The notes: generated by a model not told the origin, from the letters alone. A stretch of 64,000 bases of DNA from an uncultured Spirochaetota bacterium (GCA_963768055.1 CAVYGN010000002.1:1472001-1536000); one strand, 5' to 3'. Positions 1-11,289 are shown, numbered from the stretch's first letter. Translations and numbers: made by a program.

Positions 1-1225
1 CTTCATTGTTCCCTTTCTTTGTTAAAGGCTGGTATTGATGATAGGCGCCGCCGTCAGGAAGCTGTGTCGCCGCCAGATCCAGTATCCTTTCCCTTGCCCT
101 CTCGGGTATCTGGTGCATAAAACCCAGAAGATCCTGATTGGAATCCCTGAAGCCCATACCCCGTCCGATACCGGATTCGAAGTATGAAGCGCTTCTTGAC
201 ATGTTAAAAGTTACCATGCATTGGTATTGATTCCAAATGTTGACCATACGCTGAAGCTTCTCATCGCCGGTTTCTATACGGTAAATTGAGAGGAGCCCTT
301 CCCAGTATGACTTTAGTTCGGCGAAGGCCCTGTCAACGTCAACGCCTTTTTTGAATTTTTCTATCATTTCATAGGCTTTAATCTTATTAATGATCCCTTT
401 GGACTGCCATTTTTCGGAATCGGGATTTTCAATATAGCCTAGAACAAAAATTAGCTCCTTTTCCTCACCGGGTTTAAGAGTAATGTTTATACTATGTGAA
501 GCTACAGGGGACCAGCCGTCGGCAATGGAATTGCCTGAATGGCCCCGGATAACCGCCTGCGGGGCGTCAGGGCCGTTGTATAAACCGATAAAACTGTCCC
601 GGTCGCTGTCATAACCGTCAATCTTAGTGTTTACAGAATAAAAAGAATAATGATTGCGTCTCTCCTTGTATTCTGTTTTATGAAATATTACGGAGTTTTC
701 GATTTCCACTTCCCCGGTATTAAAATTTCTTTGAAAATTCGTCATGTCGTCCCATGCATTCCAGAGACAGAATTCAATATAAGAAAAAAGAACAATCTCC
801 TTGTCAGAACCGGAGGTATTTTTCAATGTTAATTTATGAATCTCGCAATTTGTATGGAGGGGGACAAAAATAAGGGTATTGGCCCTTATCCCGTTTCTTT
901 CACCTGTAATCGAGGTATATCCCAGGCCATGCCGGCACTCGTAAAATTCAAGGTCCTTTTTTACCGGTTTCCATCCCGGCGACCAATAGTCTCCGTCGTC
1001 GTTTATATAAAAATAACGTCCGTTATTATCGACCGGCACTTCATTATATCGGAAGCGCGTAATCCTTCTGAGTTTGGCATCTTTAAAAAAACAATATCCG
1101 CCTGCAGTATTGGAAATAAGCGAGAAAAAATCCTGAGTGCCCAGATAATTTATCCATGGGAATGGGGTTTGCGGGGTAGTGATCACGTACTCTCTATGGG
1201 AGTCATCAAAATGCCCAAATTTCAT
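1..1225 (-). CDS. cbpA: Cellobiose phosphorylase, GH94 (5' part; runs off the left edge)
   Basis: Not in the ORF track. Manual minus-strand translation from ATG at 1225 (AGGAGG RBS) gives [29 protein letters not shown]; near the edge it reads [18 protein letters not shown] and [16 protein letters not shown] in the same frame. These are typical GH94 cellobiose phosphorylase motifs. Confidence 0.9.
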   Translation of the reverse strand, partial: MKFGHFDDSHREYVITTPQTPFPWINYLGTQDFFSLISNTAGGYCFFKDAKLRRITRFRYNEVPVDNNGRYFYINDDGDYWSPGWKPVKKDLEFYECRHGLGYTSITGERNGIRANTLIFVPLHTNCEIHKLTLKNTSGSDKEIVLFSYIEFCLWNAWDDMTNFQRNFNTGEVEIENSVIFHKTEYKERRNHYSFYSVNTKIDGYDSDRDSFIGLYNGPDAPQAVIRGHSGNSIADGWSPVASHSINITLKPGEEKELIFVLGYIENPDSEKWQSKGIINKIKAYEMIEKFKKGVDVDRAFAELKSYWEGLLSIYRIETGDEKLQRMVNIWNQYQCMVTFNMSRSASYFESGIGRGMGFRDSNQDLLGFMHQIPERARERILDLAATQLPDGGAYHQYQPLTKKGNNE

Positions 1226-1325
1226 TGTTAATTCCTCCTAAACGCGCTTTTATGGGGGTAACAAGGTGCGAGAATAAATGGCAATAAAACTTTATACTGT
1301 TTACTCGCTGCTCGATACTTTTTAC

Positions 1326-1337
1326 ATAAACGTTTAT
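1326..1337. promoter_or_regulatory. Possible LacI-family operator (palindrome ATAAACGTTTAT)
   Basis: Perfect 12-bp palindrome with an AAACGTTT core between the GH1 and GH94 genes. Confidence 0.3.
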
Positions 1338-1425
1338 TTATTAGCAATATTATAAATTAAGCATAGGAATAGATCAAGATTTAACACTTTAATTCCATAT
1401 CCTATAATAGTTAATCTATCAATTG

Positions 1426-2772
1426 TTACAGTACTCTTCCGGCTTTGATGACCGATGAGTAATATTTCCCGCTTAGTTTGACAGTCCTGGCCATATTGGC
1501 ATAATTTACGCGGACAATGCCGAACCGCTTTGTGAACCCCCAGGCCCATTCGAAATTATCCATCAGGCTCCACAAAAAATATCCCTTCAGATTCATCCCG
1601 TCCTTAATTGCACCGGAGCACATTTCAAGGTGGGTCCTTAGATATTCAAGGCGGTCTATGTCAAGTATTTCACCTTCATCGGTTTCATTATCATCGCAAG
1701 CTATGCCGTTCTCGGAGATAAACATAGGAACATCCGGAAAATAATCCCTGGAATGCTTCAGGGTATAATATAAAGCTTTTGGGGTAATTCCCCAGTTCAT
1801 TTCAGATTTCGGGTAAGATTTTGTAATTGGAATGATTTCATACCCCGCTTCGTTATCGCTTGCCCTTACAGGATCGCCGTAATAGAAATTATAGCCGATG
1901 AAATCGAGCTTCTGAGAGATTAATTTCATTTCTTCTTCAGTAAAATCAGCCATATCTTTGCCCGCTCTATTGGAAAATCCCCTGCTGTACGTTCCGGTCA
2001 TTAAAGGAAAGAGAATTTGCTGGTTTTTGTCGCTCCAGGCCTTGGAAGCTGCAGCGATATGCTCTTTTGAATCGTAAACCGGCCATGTATGGGCCGGAAC
2101 CTCAACAATACCGACAGATACCTTATTGTTCGCCGAAGCTCTGATCGCCGATACTGCCAGGCCATGGCCCAGAAGTGCATTATGGACTGTCTGGTTTATT
2201 ACTTTACTGCTTTCGATTTTACCCGGGGCATGCACATCAAAGGCATGAGCCAGCGTTGTAAAACAGAATATCTCGTTCATTGTTGACCAAAATTTGATCC
2301 TGTCGGATAGTTTATCTGCCATCAGTGCTGAATAATCGGCGAAAATTTTAGAAACCTCTTTATTTCTCCAGCCGCCGTATTTGTCTTCCAAAACCTGCGG
2401 CATGTCCCAGTGATAAAGGGTTGCAAAAGGTTCGATCCCTGCTTTCAGTAATTCATCGACAAGTTTGCTGTAAAAATCGATGCCCTTCAAATTCACTTTT
2501 CCTTCCCCTTCCGGAAAAATCCGGGGCCATGCAATTGAAAACCTATACGCATTAAGCCCGAGTTCCTTCATTAGCGCAACATCTTCCTTGTACAGGTGAT
2601 AATGGTCGCAAGCCCTGTCTCCATTATCGTTATTAAGAGTCTTTCCAGGCCTTCTGGCGAACTTGTCCCAGACGGAAAGTCCCCTGCCGTCTTCGTTAAA
2701 GGCGCCTTCAACCTGGTAGGAAGCTGTTGAGGCTCCCCATAGGAAATCTTTGGGAAAAGAAAAAGAACTCAT
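1426..2772 (-). CDS. bglA: Beta-glucosidase, GH1
   Basis: FPKDFLWGASTASYQVEG, YRFSIAWPRI, TMNE (acid/base), ISENG (nucleophile), WSLMDNFEW. Start placed at ATG 2772 after a GGAG RBS (ORF extends to 2790). Confidence 0.95.
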   Translation of the reverse strand: MSSFSFPKDFLWGASTASYQVEGAFNEDGRGLSVWDKFARRPGKTLNNDNGDRACDHYHLYKEDVALMKELGLNAYRFSIAWPRIFPEGEGKVNLKGIDFYSKLVDELLKAGIEPFATLYHWDMPQVLEDKYGGWRNKEVSKIFADYSALMADKLSDRIKFWSTMNEIFCFTTLAHAFDVHAPGKIESSKVINQTVHNALLGHGLAVSAIRASANNKVSVGIVEVPAHTWPVYDSKEHIAAASKAWSDKNQQILFPLMTGTYSRGFSNRAGKDMADFTEEEMKLISQKLDFIGYNFYYGDPVRASDNEAGYEIIPITKSYPKSEMNWGITPKALYYTLKHSRDYFPDVPMFISENGIACDDNETDEGEILDIDRLEYLRTHLEMCSGAIKDGMNLKGYFLWSLMDNFEWAWGFTKRFGIVRVNYANMARTVKLSGKYYSSVIKAGRVL

Positions 2773-2882
2773 AACCGCTCCCATGATCATGAACGTTCAA
2801 AGGTGGATAGAAAATAAGGGTATAATTATAAAAGAGTTCAATAGATTGGTCAATTATCGTCTGAATCTTTAAAAAAATATTT

Positions 2883-4433
2883 TCAGTTCGAGTCCTTCTT
2901 GTATGAACCTATCTTTTCCAGGATCAGCTTAAGGCTGTTTTCCGAATTATCGGTTAGATTAAATTCCAGCCGGAGATTCGCTGTATCGCTTTCCGTACGG
3001 TTGAAAGTCATCCGGATATCAGTGAAAAAATTCCCGATCAGGGCGGCGATAAAAGCACTGTCTCCCTTCCCGTTTTCGGTTATTTTTTTTATTAGCGTGG
3101 TCATATCAACATAGCCTGCAGCAGTATTTTCCCGCGCAAAATTTAACAATTCGGTCCTGACCGCAGGTTTAATATTGTTCTTTGAGACAAGAAAGTCTTT
3201 CAAAGGGGCTGTCGCAAAGTATATCCTGTCATTTTTAATAACAATGTAGGTGTTTCCGGATACCTTGTTCGCTTTCTTATCCGGTCCATTTTCAATAATG
3301 TATACGTTTTTATATTTTTTGTCCTTAGCTAGGGCTTTGGATTTTAATAGCTTGCCGATCATAAGGTTCATTTTACCCTTATCCCTGACCACCGCAGTAA
3401 GGCCCGGTTCTATATCACTTTTTTTGCGGCCTATATCAGTCGCAAAAAAAAGAAAATCGCCGCTTAATGCAGCTATTATGTCTTCTTTGTCTATCCCCAA
3501 TATTGAAAGGTTTTTATCAAGCCCTTTAATGAACTCAGATGAGATTTGATTCGTTTCATTTAATATTTTCATATCGGCGTCAATTGATAAAAAGCCTATC
3601 AGCTTATTACCCGGCAAAGAGTTGAATAAATTGGGCCCGGCCTTTTTTTTGCTTAAGGCATCATTATAACCATTTGTATTCAGTCCGATGATGTCGACAT
3701 TTATAACGGCTTTGCCGCTATAAAATTGAAAGTTTATTGCGGCTTCAGAAGCAGAATTTATATCTTCCAATCCATTAATACTTCCATTTAGAAGAGATTT
3801 TAATGAAAACCATAGTGAAAGATCGGAGGGTTTTTCCATCAGCCTTTTAATGCCGGTTCGGGATATGAAATTTGTATTACTCTCATTTGCGAACAATTCG
3901 GACATTTCATCCTGCAGGTTGATCCCGTCTATGTCCGAACTCAGGATCATTACCGCGCCGCCGGTCCATCCCATAATTCCTGAATCGGTTTCTATAAAAT
4001 TGAAATCATTTGTTTTTTTTATAGCCATGGAATTGCTTGCGCCCGATTGTTCTTTAATGAAATTCTCCAGTTTCGAGGAATCGTTCAAAGGGAAAATTAA
4101 TCCTGAAAGGAGCGTTTGATTGCTGTTTGTCAAAACAACAAACATGAGACCCCTTTGAAAAGGGTTCAATCCGATTTCAGAGGGATTTTCGATCGCTTTT
4201 TTAATAACGGCTTCGCCGGTGAATTTCCCTGACAAGCCTTTAACCCCATTCCAGGACAGGCCTTTTTTGACAAGCCCGTCCAGATTGAAAAACATTATGA
4301 CGGTGGAATGCGGGTGGGCGTACTTGAGAACAGGTATGTTTTCAATCTCATTCTGGGCGTATGATAAGTTGAAAGCTAATGAGGCAATAATGAAAGGCAT
4401 TATCATGACGATGATTTTCATGATTATTTTCAT
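2883..4433 (-). CDS. Exported hypothetical protein (possibly DUF4836/DUF3352-like)
   Basis: 516-aa ORF with signal peptide and AGGAG RBS. The family call is only a resemblance. Confidence 0.6.
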   Translation of the reverse strand: MKIIMKIIVMIMPFIIASLAFNLSYAQNEIENIPVLKYAHPHSTVIMFFNLDGLVKKGLSWNGVKGLSGKFTGEAVIKKAIENPSEIGLNPFQRGLMFVVLTNSNQTLLSGLIFPLNDSSKLENFIKEQSGASNSMAIKKTNDFNFIETDSGIMGWTGGAVMILSSDIDGINLQDEMSELFANESNTNFISRTGIKRLMEKPSDLSLWFSLKSLLNGSINGLEDINSASEAAINFQFYSGKAVINVDIIGLNTNGYNDALSKKKAGPNLFNSLPGNKLIGFLSIDADMKILNETNQISSEFIKGLDKNLSILGIDKEDIIAALSGDFLFFATDIGRKKSDIEPGLTAVVRDKGKMNLMIGKLLKSKALAKDKKYKNVYIIENGPDKKANKVSGNTYIVIKNDRIYFATAPLKDFLVSKNNIKPAVRTELLNFARENTAAGYVDMTTLIKKITENGKGDSAFIAALIGNFFTDIRMTFNRTESDTANLRLEFNLTDNSENSLKLILEKIGSYKKDSN

Positions 4434-4569
4434 TTAAAAACTCCTTTTCCCGGATTAATAATCTTATTTTAATAAAACCATTGCCGATTGTCAAAATGAT
4501 AGTTTGTTCAGGTTTTCCATTCCTTTATATAGTTTATTATTTTAAACCTCCTGATTTAAAGTGTAATCT

Positions 4570-4598
4570 TTGACATGAGGAGATATTGGTTTTAAAAT
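4570..4598 (+). promoter_or_regulatory. Sigma-70 promoter
   Basis: TTGACA-N17-TAAAAT upstream of the aminotransferase. Confidence 0.6.
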
Positions 4599-4628
4599 TA
4601 TGCGAATAATGCTTGTAAAGGACCTTTT

Positions 4629-5825
4629 ATGATTGAATACGCAAAGAGAGTAAGGAAGCTCGAAACCTCGGCGACACTGGCTATGGCGTCCAGATCCAAA
4701 GAGATGATGAGGGCGGGTATAGACGTTATTTCATTAGCCGCGGGTGAACCGGATTGGGACCCTCCCTTTGAGGCAAAAGAGGCTTCAATGAATGCCATTC
4801 AGGAGGGAAACGCCCATTATACTGAAAACTCAGGCCTTCCAGCACTTAAGGAACTCATAGTCGACAAACTTAAAGATGAAAATAACCTGATGCTCGATAA
4901 AAAGAACATTATTGTAACATCAGGGGCGAAGTTCGCGCTTTATTCGGCGCTGCAGTCGCTTGTGGATGAAGGCGATGAGGTCCTGGTTCCCGTACCCTAT
5001 TGGGTCAGTTATGTGGAGCAGATCAAACTTGCCGGAGGGGTCCCGAAACTTGTTCTTACCGCTGAAGACGATGGATTTAAAATCGACATTAATGATCTGG
5101 AGAGGCACATATCATCAAGGGTAAAGGGCATAATATTAAATAACCCTTCTAACCCTGCCGGCGTGACATATTCTCAGGATGAATTGAAAATTATCGGCGA
5201 TATTGCAGTTAAAAAAAATATTTTTATTATTTCCGATGAGATTTATGAATATTTTAATTATGCAGGAAGCCACATTTCAATCGCATCGCTATCTCAGGAA
5301 ATCTTTAACAACACTATAACGATAAACGGTTTTTCTAAAGCATACTCCATGCCCGGGTGGAGAGTAGGTTATGCCGCAGCAAATGAAGAAATTATTAAAA
5401 AAATGGACGAGCTGCAAAGCCACTCGACATCAAACCCTAATACCATTGCCCAGCATGCATGTATTTCCTGTCTCAAGGGTTCAAAGAAATATGTCGAAAA
5501 GATGGTTTCCGAGTTCAGAGAAAGACGGGATTTCATTGTAAGAGCGCTCAACGGTATTCATGGCGTACGATGCCTGTTGCCTGATGGCACTTTTTATACG
5601 TTTCCAAATATTCAATATTACCTTGCCAAGGAAATAGGCGGCGCCATTCCGACCAACTCATCGGATTTTTCAGGGATATTGCTTGAAAAAGCCCATGTCG
5701 GAGTAGTTCCCGGCAGCGCATTCGGCCTTGAAGGGTATATACGCATATCCTATACACAACCCTTGAGCCGTTTGGAGGAGGCCGTTAAAAGGATCCGAAG
5801 TCTCCTTGACCGCATCGACCAGTGA
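4629..5825 (+). CDS. aspC: Class I/II PLP-dependent (aspartate) aminotransferase
   Basis: GEPD, NNPSNPAG, SDEIY, GFSKAYSMPGWRVGY (PLP lysine). Confidence 0.9.
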   Translation: MIEYAKRVRKLETSATLAMASRSKEMMRAGIDVISLAAGEPDWDPPFEAKEASMNAIQEGNAHYTENSGLPALKELIVDKLKDENNLMLDKKNIIVTSGAKFALYSALQSLVDEGDEVLVPVPYWVSYVEQIKLAGGVPKLVLTAEDDGFKIDINDLERHISSRVKGIILNNPSNPAGVTYSQDELKIIGDIAVKKNIFIISDEIYEYFNYAGSHISIASLSQEIFNNTITINGFSKAYSMPGWRVGYAAANEEIIKKMDELQSHSTSNPNTIAQHACISCLKGSKKYVEKMVSEFRERRDFIVRALNGIHGVRCLLPDGTFYTFPNIQYYLAKEIGGAIPTNSSDFSGILLEKAHVGVVPGSAFGLEGYIRISYTQPLSRLEEAVKRIRSLLDRIDQ

Positions 5826-5862
5826 TTGAAGTATTAATAAAAAATGGAGGTTTTTCTGAATA

Positions 5863-6375
5863 ATGGAAAAAGACATTTGCGGCTTTAATATCACATTTTT
5901 AAAGCAGGTCAATAATCTGATGATGGATTCAAATATCCAGGAACTTGAAATAGAAGAAGGAGATTCCCTGTATCTGCGCATTTCAAAGAAAAAATCGGTA
6001 ATTGATAAATCCGAATACAATGGCCAGCCGGAGCTCCAAGATATTATTCAAGCGCCGGCGGAAGCGCATCAAAAACCTCAGGTTCAAACAAACCAGGAAA
6101 AGCCCGTTAAAAGTAAATATGACGATGAGACAAAGTATTACAGGATCAAATCCCCGGTAATAGGAACTTTTTACGAGGCCCCGGCACCGCAGTCTCCCCC
6201 TTATGTAAAACCTGGAGATACCGTATCCAAGGATACGACTGTCTGCATTGTGGAAGCCATGAAGATCATGAACGAGATAAAAGCTGATGTCCAGGGAAGG
6301 ATTGTTGAAATTTTCAAGTCTAATGGAAGTCCTGTCCAATCGGGTGAAGCCCTCTATTTAATAGAATTAATGTAA
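5863..6375 (+). CDS. accB: Biotin carboxyl carrier protein of acetyl-CoA carboxylase
   Basis: KSPVIGTFY and the EAMKIMNEI biotinylation motif. Confidence 0.92.
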   Translation: MEKDICGFNITFLKQVNNLMMDSNIQELEIEEGDSLYLRISKKKSVIDKSEYNGQPELQDIIQAPAEAHQKPQVQTNQEKPVKSKYDDETKYYRIKSPVIGTFYEAPAPQSPPYVKPGDTVSKDTTVCIVEAMKIMNEIKADVQGRIVEIFKSNGSPVQSGEALYLIELM

Positions 6376-6389
6376 GGCAGGTATGATAA

Positions 6390-7157
6390 ATGCTTGCTAA
6401 GCGCATAATACCCTGCCTTGACATCGACAAGGGCAGGGTCGTAAAGGGCATAAATTTCATTGATATCAGGGATGCTGGAGATCCGGTCGAGAATGCGATC
6501 TATTATAATGACGAAGGTGCGGATGAACTTATTTTCCTGGATATAACTGCAAGCCATGAAAAACGCAGTACTATGATAGAAGTAGCCCGAAGAGTGGCAC
6601 AAAGGATATTTATACCCTTCACAGTCGGCGGCGGGATAAGAACAATTGAGGATATAAGGAATATGCTTAACGCAGGTGCGGACAAGGTGTCAATAAACTC
6701 CGCGGCAGTGAATAATCCGGCTTTTGTTAAAGAAGCCGCAAGGGTATTCGGCAGTTCAACGATTGTAGTCGCTATCGATGTAAAAAAAATTGATGATTCG
6801 ATATGGCATGTTTTCATTAACGGTGGTAGAATAGACACCGGTCTAAATGGACTCGATTGGGCGGAAAGGGTCTCTAAACTCGGCGCGGGAGAAATTTTAC
6901 TTACTTCAATGGATAAAGATGGAACAAAAGAAGGTTTTGATAATGAATTAACTTCACTTGTCTGCAGCAGGGTATCCATACCGGTAATCGCCTCCGGCGG
7001 AGCGGGAAAGATAGATCATTTTCTGGAAGCGTTTGAAATTGGAAAGGCAAGCGCCGCTTTAGCCGCATCCCTCTTTCATTACCGTGAACTAACGATAACG
7101 GAGGTGAAAAATTATCTTAAAATACATGACATTCCGGTCAGGCTCGATTATTTATGA
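6390..7157 (+). CDS. hisF: Imidazole glycerol phosphate synthase cyclase subunit
   Basis: [44 protein letters not shown]. Confidence 0.97.
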   Translation: MLAKRIIPCLDIDKGRVVKGINFIDIRDAGDPVENAIYYNDEGADELIFLDITASHEKRSTMIEVARRVAQRIFIPFTVGGGIRTIEDIRNMLNAGADKVSINSAAVNNPAFVKEAARVFGSSTIVVAIDVKKIDDSIWHVFINGGRIDTGLNGLDWAERVSKLGAGEILLTSMDKDGTKEGFDNELTSLVCSRVSIPVIASGGAGKIDHFLEAFEIGKASAALAASLFHYRELTITEVKNYLKIHDIPVRLDYL

Positions 7158-7176
7158 GGATTAACAGGAGATTTCA

Positions 7177-7863
7177 ATGAAAAGATTAATGGGAAGAAGC
7201 ACCCTTGTAATATTTATTTTACTGGCTGATGCCGCCGTTTTTTTATCAGGACAGGAAAATAGTAAATCGGCCGTGGATTTTTTTAAAGATACGAGGAACG
7301 CCTCGCTTGAAGCTCTCCCCGATTCTTTCAACGCCGGTCTTTCAGGCCAGACGATTGAAAAAAAACTTTCAAGTATCCCCAGGGATTCTTATCTTGACAA
7401 ATCGAAGAGAATCACCGCAGCGGTTTTTTATTCAAAGGTTAAAGGTATTACGATCACGGTCCTTAATGTAGATGATCTGTACAGGGACATATATAAGGAT
7501 CTTCCAAGGCAGTTTTTCGCTTTCGATATTTTATTATCGGAGCGCTCAACCGGCGCTTTTCTTAATAAATATGAAATATCGTATTATGGAAACATGCATG
7601 ATCCGGTTGTTTTAAAATTGCGGATCAGGGGAGCTGAAAATACCGTATTGTTGTATATTGATCGGGTAAGTTACCGGATCCAAAAAATAGATTATCTCCT
7701 CGGTGAAAATTTAATGAGCTCAACACAGGTTTTCTATAGTGATTACAGTCAGAACGGGAAAACTTATACAATTCCTTACCGCTTTGTATCGAAAACAGGT
7801 ATCGGCAGCAGTTCCGAACGATCCGATGTTTTTGAAATGGTTAATATTACCTTAGGGCGCTAA
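7177..7863 (+). CDS. Exported hypothetical protein
   Basis: 228-aa ORF with N-terminal hydrophobic signal and AGGAG RBS. Its last codons overlap a MITE end. Confidence 0.6.
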   Translation: MKRLMGRSTLVIFILLADAAVFLSGQENSKSAVDFFKDTRNASLEALPDSFNAGLSGQTIEKKLSSIPRDSYLDKSKRITAAVFYSKVKGITITVLNVDDLYRDIYKDLPRQFFAFDILLSERSTGAFLNKYEISYYGNMHDPVVLKLRIRGAENTVLLYIDRVSYRIQKIDYLLGENLMSSTQVFYSDYSQNGKTYTIPYRFVSKTGIGSSSERSDVFEMVNITLGR

Positions 7864-7992
7864 TAAAAACCTTCGGATAGGAAGCGCACCTGTCCTGGGG
7901 CCAGGCACCAGGGCCCATAAGGCATGCATATAGAGTGCAGAAACATATTATAATAAATAGTAATTTTCTTGAGACATTAGAACTGCCTTTAA
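7852..7992. mobile_element. MITE-like repeat, copy A
   Basis: Degenerate ends TTAGGGCGCTAATAAAAAC ... TTAGAACTGCCTTTAA. Shares the internal GCACCTGTCCTGGGG..CCAGGCACCAGGGCCCAT block with copies at 21835 and 35294. Confidence 0.7.
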
Positions 7993-8074
7993 GTAATCGG
8001 TAGCAGTCGGAAAAATTGACAAAAGGTGTAAACATTTTACAATATATACTTGTAATTTTATTGACGAGGTTCTT

Positions 8075-9799
8075 ATGGGTGTGGATGCTATGAACGATAT
8101 TTTCCTTGAAGCCATGAAGAATGACGGGCAAGCAGCGGCCTTGGGGGGATTAGACTTTCAGAGACGTGTAAAAAAAGGGAAGGTTGTCGCTGTTAACAGC
8201 GGAGATGTTTTTCTTGACCTTGGAGGAAAATCGGAATGCGTAGTCCCCCTGTCTGAGTTTGAGCAGCTGCCTGCAATCGGTGATGAAACCGACGTAATAT
8301 TAAAGGAATCCAAAGATGGGGTAAATATAGGTTCGAGGACTGAAGCCGAAAAAATAAAAAAAATCGAGGAACTTGACCGTGCGCTTAATTCAGGTCTTCC
8401 CGTCAGCGGGACAATTGAAGAACCTGTTTATAAAGACAAGGTCCCGAAGGGTTTTACCGTTGAACTTGGATTCGGGATCAAGGCTTTTCTTCCTTTATCG
8501 CAAATCGATGTGAGAAAAGAGGAAAAGCTTGAGAATTTAAGGGGGATGGTAACGGATTTCGCAGTAATTGACGCGAAAAGGAATAACTATACTGTTTCAA
8601 GAAGGGAATTCCTTCAAAAAACAATAAAAAAATTATATACTGTATTTTTTGAAAAATTCAATGCCAACGATATAATCCATGGAAGGGTTGAACGGGTCGA
8701 AGAGGATTTTATCGTTTTGATGGCAGAAGGCATTCGTGTATTCATGCATGTTTCGGATTTTTCATGGAAATATCTCGATGATATGAGAAAGGTCATCAAA
8801 CTTGGCGATGAAATGGATGTCATGATCATTAAAATGGATAAAAGTAAAAATTCAGTTAAAGTGGGACGTAAACAATTTACTCCGGATCCCTGGCTTTCCG
8901 TTCAGAAGAAGTTCAGCCAGGGGGATACTGTCAAGGGTAAAGTAGTGAGTTACAGGAAAGACGGAGCGATTGTGGAAATCGAGGATGGAATTGAAGGATT
9001 TCTTTCCAATGATGAAATGTCATGGACTGAGAGAATTAGGGACGCCAAAAAATTTCTTAAACCCGGTACGATGGTTGAGATCAAGATAATAAATCTGGAA
9101 CCTGAAAGAAAAAGGCTTGATGTTTCCCTCAGGGACATCCAGGAAAACCCATGGGAAAATTCGGATCAGAATTACAGTTATGGAAGAAAAGTGGAAGGAA
9201 CGGTATCCTCGATCCTGGATTTCGGGGTTTTTATTAAGTTCGATGATGGTATTGAGGGCCTTATGCGCCGTGAAGATGTCGATTGGCTTGACAGTTCTGT
9301 CGATCTTAAAAAGAAATTCAGAAAAGGCGAGAAAATCCAGAGCATCGTACTTTCACTTGATAAAGATAAAGAAAAACTCAGGCTTGGATATAAACAACTC
9401 TCAGACAATCCGATCAAAACATTTACGATGAATTATCCGAAGGGTTCCCCTGTTAAGGCGGCCGTTAAAGCCATTATGGATAGCGGGGTCGTAGTGACAT
9501 TGGAGAACAACCTGGAGGGTTTCATTCATATTTCGCAGATTTCAAAAGACAAGGTTGATAATATACATGACGTTCTGAAAGCGGGTGAAGAGGTTTATGC
9601 CCTGGTTCGTTATGCAGATCCGAATAAAAATAAAATTGAACTCAGCATCAGGGACTTTTTGCTGAACGAAGAAAAGGTCGAAGTTTCAAAGTATATCGCC
9701 AGCGACAAACCCAACTCGAATATGGCAAGCATAGGATCTTTATTGAAAAAACAATTGACTAATATTGACGCGGAGAAAGTAAATGAAACATCAAAATGA
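8075..9799 (+). CDS. rpsA: 30S ribosomal protein S1
   Basis: Six tandem S1 domains (AFLPLSQID, FMHVSDFSW, GIEGFL, EGFIHISQI). A TTGACA promoter element lies at 8016. Confidence 0.9.
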   Translation: MGVDAMNDIFLEAMKNDGQAAALGGLDFQRRVKKGKVVAVNSGDVFLDLGGKSECVVPLSEFEQLPAIGDETDVILKESKDGVNIGSRTEAEKIKKIEELDRALNSGLPVSGTIEEPVYKDKVPKGFTVELGFGIKAFLPLSQIDVRKEEKLENLRGMVTDFAVIDAKRNNYTVSRREFLQKTIKKLYTVFFEKFNANDIIHGRVERVEEDFIVLMAEGIRVFMHVSDFSWKYLDDMRKVIKLGDEMDVMIIKMDKSKNSVKVGRKQFTPDPWLSVQKKFSQGDTVKGKVVSYRKDGAIVEIEDGIEGFLSNDEMSWTERIRDAKKFLKPGTMVEIKIINLEPERKRLDVSLRDIQENPWENSDQNYSYGRKVEGTVSSILDFGVFIKFDDGIEGLMRREDVDWLDSSVDLKKKFRKGEKIQSIVLSLDKDKEKLRLGYKQLSDNPIKTFTMNYPKGSPVKAAVKAIMDSGVVVTLENNLEGFIHISQISKDKVDNIHDVLKAGEEVYALVRYADPNKNKIELSIRDFLLNEEKVEVSKYIASDKPNSNMASIGSLLKKQLTNIDAEKVNETSK

Positions 9800-10526
9800 A
9801 AAAACCGGTTTTGAGATTGCAATAGAAATTATATTCAAATACAGGGGTTATTTTATCCTTCTCCTTGTGGCAGTTGTAATTCTTATTTCTATTTTTGCAC
9901 TATCGTATTTTATAAATTCTTCGAACAATGATAAGGCTGACAGACAGTTTGACCTGGCAGAGCAAAATATAAGCGCCCTGGCCAATGATACTAATATCGG
10001 CGAAAGGTCTGAAATGATCCAGCAGCAGATGCAGAGTTTTTTATCGCTCATCCAGGTATATCCCAGGACTATAGCCGCCGAGCGCGCCAGACTGCTTATT
10101 GGAAAGTTCTACTTTGAAACATTTTATACCACAGGCAACCAGCAGCTTCTGCTGGCGGCTTACAGCAATTATAATTATGCGCTCCTCGCCGCCCGTTCGG
10201 ATTTTTACAGAACCCTGGCCCTGATAGGAAGGGCCCAATGCTCGGAACAGCAAAATGGTTATGTTAAGGCTTTTGAAGATTATAACCAGGTTGCAACTAA
10301 ATATACAAATCAGGGTTTCGCCCCGCTTGCCCTTATAAGCATGGCAAGATGCCGCGAGCAGATGTCCGACATACCCGGAGCAATAGATTATTATAAGCAA
10401 TTGATAAAAGAATACCCTGATTCAGAATGGAATTATTTTGCGAGGGGCAAGTTATATTTTTATACTGAAAAATTCCAAAATCAATCAAGCAATACTAATC
10501 TTCCGTTTTTGTCTCCGCTCCCTTAA
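9783..10526 (+). CDS. Membrane-anchored TPR protein (YfgM/BamD-like)
   Basis: N-terminal TM helix followed by TPR-like helices (AIDYYKQLIKEYPDS). Confidence 0.75.
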   Translation: MKHQNEKTGFEIAIEIIFKYRGYFILLLVAVVILISIFALSYFINSSNNDKADRQFDLAEQNISALANDTNIGERSEMIQQQMQSFLSLIQVYPRTIAAERARLLIGKFYFETFYTTGNQQLLLAAYSNYNYALLAARSDFYRTLALIGRAQCSEQQNGYVKAFEDYNQVATKYTNQGFAPLALISMARCREQMSDIPGAIDYYKQLIKEYPDSEWNYFARGKLYFYTEKFQNQSSNTNLPFLSPLP

Positions 10527-10578
10527 AATAACTGATCGCATCAGGTCTATGGTTTTAAATGGTTTTAAGGAATAAAAA

Positions 10579-11196
10579 TTGAATAATGTTTCGTTTCAAA
10601 ACCTTCTGGTCGAAAAACGGGAATTGATCCTGAATGCAAGCCTCGATGAATTCGCTTTGTACGGCTTTAATAAAGCGTCTACAAACCGTATAGTCAGAAA
10701 AACCGGGATATCTAAAGGGAGCCTTTTCCAATATTTCGGAAGCAAAAAAGAGCTTTATTATACCGTACTTGAACATAATGCCCGTTCGCTCATCGAGGGC
10801 CTGAAGAAAAAGCTGATCGATCTTCCTCAGGACTTCATCGAAAGGCTAAGGAAGATCCTGGAAATTGTTATGGATTCATACAGGGAGAAACCCCTTGTCG
10901 CCCAGCTTTTATGGTCGGTAATGGAAAAGACAGACAAGGAAAGCCTGGTTGAACTGGTCAACAGGATTCATTGGCAGACCCAGATGGATTTCTTCGGGCT
11001 TCTTTACAATGCGGACACTTCGGTACTGCTTTTCGGCATTGATGATACAATTAAATTCACAAGGTGGATCTTCGAAGGATTAAGGATTGAACTTTTAAAA
11101 GAAATACCAGAAGTCGATATAGAATTTTTTACAAACGCCTTCCTTGAAAAATCTGAAATTGCGCTGAAATTCCTGGCAAAATGTGTTTATAAATAA
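10579..11196 (+). CDS. TetR/AcrR family transcriptional regulator
   Basis: HTH ILNASLDEFALYGFNKASTNRIVRKTGISKGSLFQYFGSKKELY. Confidence 0.93.
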   Translation: MNNVSFQNLLVEKRELILNASLDEFALYGFNKASTNRIVRKTGISKGSLFQYFGSKKELYYTVLEHNARSLIEGLKKKLIDLPQDFIERLRKILEIVMDSYREKPLVAQLLWSVMEKTDKESLVELVNRIHWQTQMDFFGLLYNADTSVLLFGIDDTIKFTRWIFEGLRIELLKEIPEVDIEFFTNAFLEKSEIALKFLAKCVYK

Positions 11197-11289
11197 TGGG
11201 TCCGGTAATTACTGATTTTTACACAGAGACACAAGAGGCATTTATTCCGGTCTATTGAAAATATTTAAAAAATATATTTTCAAAAACTA

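Noticed and set aside
650..1231. Plus-strand ORFs 650-832 and 836-1231
   Set aside because: Antisense shadows of the minus-strand cellobiose phosphorylase, which the ORF track missed because it runs off the edge.
11217..11240. ACACAGAGACACAAGAG motif resembling the reverse complement of 44452-44475
   Set aside because: Only two short degenerate copies, too weak to define a repeat family from this window.
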